64,000 bases of DNA, taken from the NCBI GenBank assembly GCA_010909165.1, contig MU008183.1, positions 434,001 to 498,000 on the forward strand, given 5' to 3'. Below, one piece after another: positions 61,945 to 64,000 of the stretch. Under the pieces are notes generated by a model. It worked only from the letters and a program-made list of their open reading frames with translations, did no database searches and was not told the DNA's origin. Positions within the stretch are counted from its first letter, which is position 1. Every line of letters starts with the position of its first letter. Origin of the DNA: Anthoceros angustus. Its lineage: Eukaryota; Plantae; Anthocerotophyta. The position numbers and the translations under genes were made by a program.

Positions 61945-62105
61945 ATGGCGTTCCCTTTCGCCATCGAGTCCATTGCGTTCCCGAGCCTGTTTGTGCAGCT
62001 GGCATTGAACAGCTCCACGCCCGGGTCCCAGGACCCCGTCACTGTGAACCTGGCATCGGTGCAAGGACCCAACTTCAGGTTCGTCCTGCGCGCCAGAGGA
62101 GATAG
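61945..62105 (+). pseudogene. Protein Y copy 4, truncated at codon ~53 by copia-3
   Basis: MAFPFAIESIAFPSLFVQLALNSSTPGSQDPVTVNLASVQGPNFRFVLRARGD followed by LTR tgacaaagc at 62106. Confidence 0.85.
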
Positions 62106-64000
62106 TGACAAAGCAAAAGTCGTACGAGACTTGCACAAGATGCTTTGCATAATTAAAGTAAGTAGAAATACAAACAAAACTGTCTTATGTCTTTCACGAA
62201 ACGTCGCTAAAACCCTTTGCCTCTTTTAGTGGGCTAGAGTTGCACTCTTTCACACTCCCACTCAGCTCTAGGCTCACTAAGGTTGCTTAAAGGACTCCTA
62301 AGTGACTTGACGATCGGATCTAATTCAGATTAGCTTCATCCACTCTCGCCACTTGGCAGCTCCTACTTAAGCTTGGAAAGTACTATTTTGTCGTTGACTT
62401 GGCCTCCTCAGCTGCTAAAGTGATGATATCACTACCATCAACTACTCCAAGTCCTTCCTTATGTTTGTTGTGTTTATGAGTCGGAAGAGACTTAGTAAAA
62501 ATATCTGCAGTATTATCCTCGGTATTTACATAAGCCACTACCACCACTCCTCGTGAAGTAACATCAAGTATATAATGGTGATATAGCTCAATGTGCTTAG
62601 TACGAACATGATAACGAGGATTAGCGACTAAAGCTATAGCGGACATGTTATCACAATTGAGCAATGTAGGTCGAGGTCAGCCATTTTATATCACTTAGAA
62701 GTGAACGCCCCACTCACCTCTTTACCGCTTCAAGAAGAGCTTTATACTCCGCCTCTGTCGAACTCAAGGCCAGACTTGTTTGCTTCTTACATCTCCAGCT
62801 TACGGAGGCGCCAGCTAACATAAAACAATATGCGGAAATACTTTTCCGCGTGTCGGCATCAGAGGCCCAATCGGCATCTACATATCCCGATAGCTCGAAC
62901 TCTTTTCAACCTATGGAAGTGTAGCAGATGCCATATGTTGAGGTACCACTCACATACCTCAGGATCCTCTTCACTGCTATCCAGTGCTTCCTGCCCGGAT
63001 TTTGAAGGTATTGAGCAGCAGCATTAACAACATACATGATATCGGGCCTAGTCCAATTAGCTAAATAGAAGAGACAACCCACACAAGCAGCATAAGGGAT
63101 AGTAAGCATATCCTCACGCTCAGCATCAGATTGTGGGCAATCCTCAGAAGATAGCCGAATACCAACTGCCCCTGGAGTAGATACGGGCCTAGCTGTTTGC
63201 ATATTAAAACGGGTTAAGATTTCTCTTACATATTTTTGTTGATGCATAATATTCGCCATTAGGTCGATCTCAAGAATTTGAATCCCGAGACACCATCGAA
63301 GAACCCCAATATCCTTCATATCAAATTCAGCCCGAAGCATATCCTTAATAGAGTTAATTAACTTCATACTAGTGCCAAACATACATATGTCATCAACATA
63401 TAAAGCTAAAATGATAAAGTTGGAGCCGTCAGCTAGATAATAAACAATACTATCAGCATGGCTTTGAGTAAAGCCAATAAACTTAAGACGACCATCACAC
63501 TTATAAAACCATTTATTAGCACTTTGTTTTAAACCATAAAGGCACTTTAGCAGCTTACAAACCAACTCCGCATTAACATCTTCATAACCCTCCGGTTGCC
63601 GCATATATATTTCCTCCTCGAGTTCTCCATACAAGAATGCGGTACAAACATCCATCTGATGGATTTCTAAGTTCAACTCTGCGGCTAAAGCTAAAAGGAC
63701 CCTTAAGGATTGGATCTTAACTACCGGCGAGAAAGTCTCCTGGTAATCGACGCCAGCTACCTGGCTATAGCCCTTAGCAACTAGCCTAGCTTTATAACGT
63801 TCAATAGAACCATCAGCATTTAATTTGGTCTTAAAGACCCACTTGCAAAGTATGGGTTTACGACCAGGAGGAAGTGGAACTAAATCCCATATATGATTTT
63901 TAAGCAAAGAATTATACTCACTTGCTATTGCCTCTTTCCACGCAAAGACCATTAGGTCCATCCAAGGCCTCTCGATAGTAGTAGGTTCACCATCAACCGT
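62106..64000 (-). mobile_element. Ty1/copia element (copia-3), same family as copia-1; 3' LTR 62106-62254, RNaseH and RT; runs off the window
   Basis: LTR near-identical to 30274-30420; RT ORF 62906-63961 nearly identical to 31121-32032. Confidence 0.93.

Larger units (their letters stand above)
59200..62105. repeat. Amplicon unit D, inverted partial copy of ~54150-57100
   Basis: Reverse-complement match to unit C (WOX upstream region, WOX, spacer, 5' third of Y); more diverged over 59200-59650. Confidence 0.85.

Overview
Eukaryotic nuclear DNA from a compact-genome, non-seed land plant. Short GT-AG introns, WOX13-type genes and moss/lycophyte-type TEs make a Selaginella-like lycophyte my best guess, which is inference only. 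Left half: an AIRP2-like RING E3 ligase (-); a ~6 kb internally deleted Ty3/gypsy element (-) whose pol carries a complete C5-cytosine DNA methyltransferase domain between protease and RT, ends in a PHD-finger remnant and shows a Tf1-type self-priming signature; CRE-like non-LTR remnants; a CERK1/LYK-type LysM receptor kinase (-); a 1.4 kb tandem duplication containing PsbQ (-); and an ABC1/ADCK2-like kinase (-). Right half (24.1-62.1 kb): an amplicon of three tandem copies plus one inverted partial copy of a ~7 kb module. The module carries two paralogous intronless three-repeat (beta-trefoil-like) small proteins, called X and Y here, and a divergent WOX13-like homeobox gene. Three Ty1/copia insertions each landed inside an amplicon coding sequence. 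Many frameshifts are 1-bp losses in homopolymers and differ between near-identical copies, especially at ~27.5-47 kb. They look like long-read consensus errors, so pseudogene calls there are provisional.
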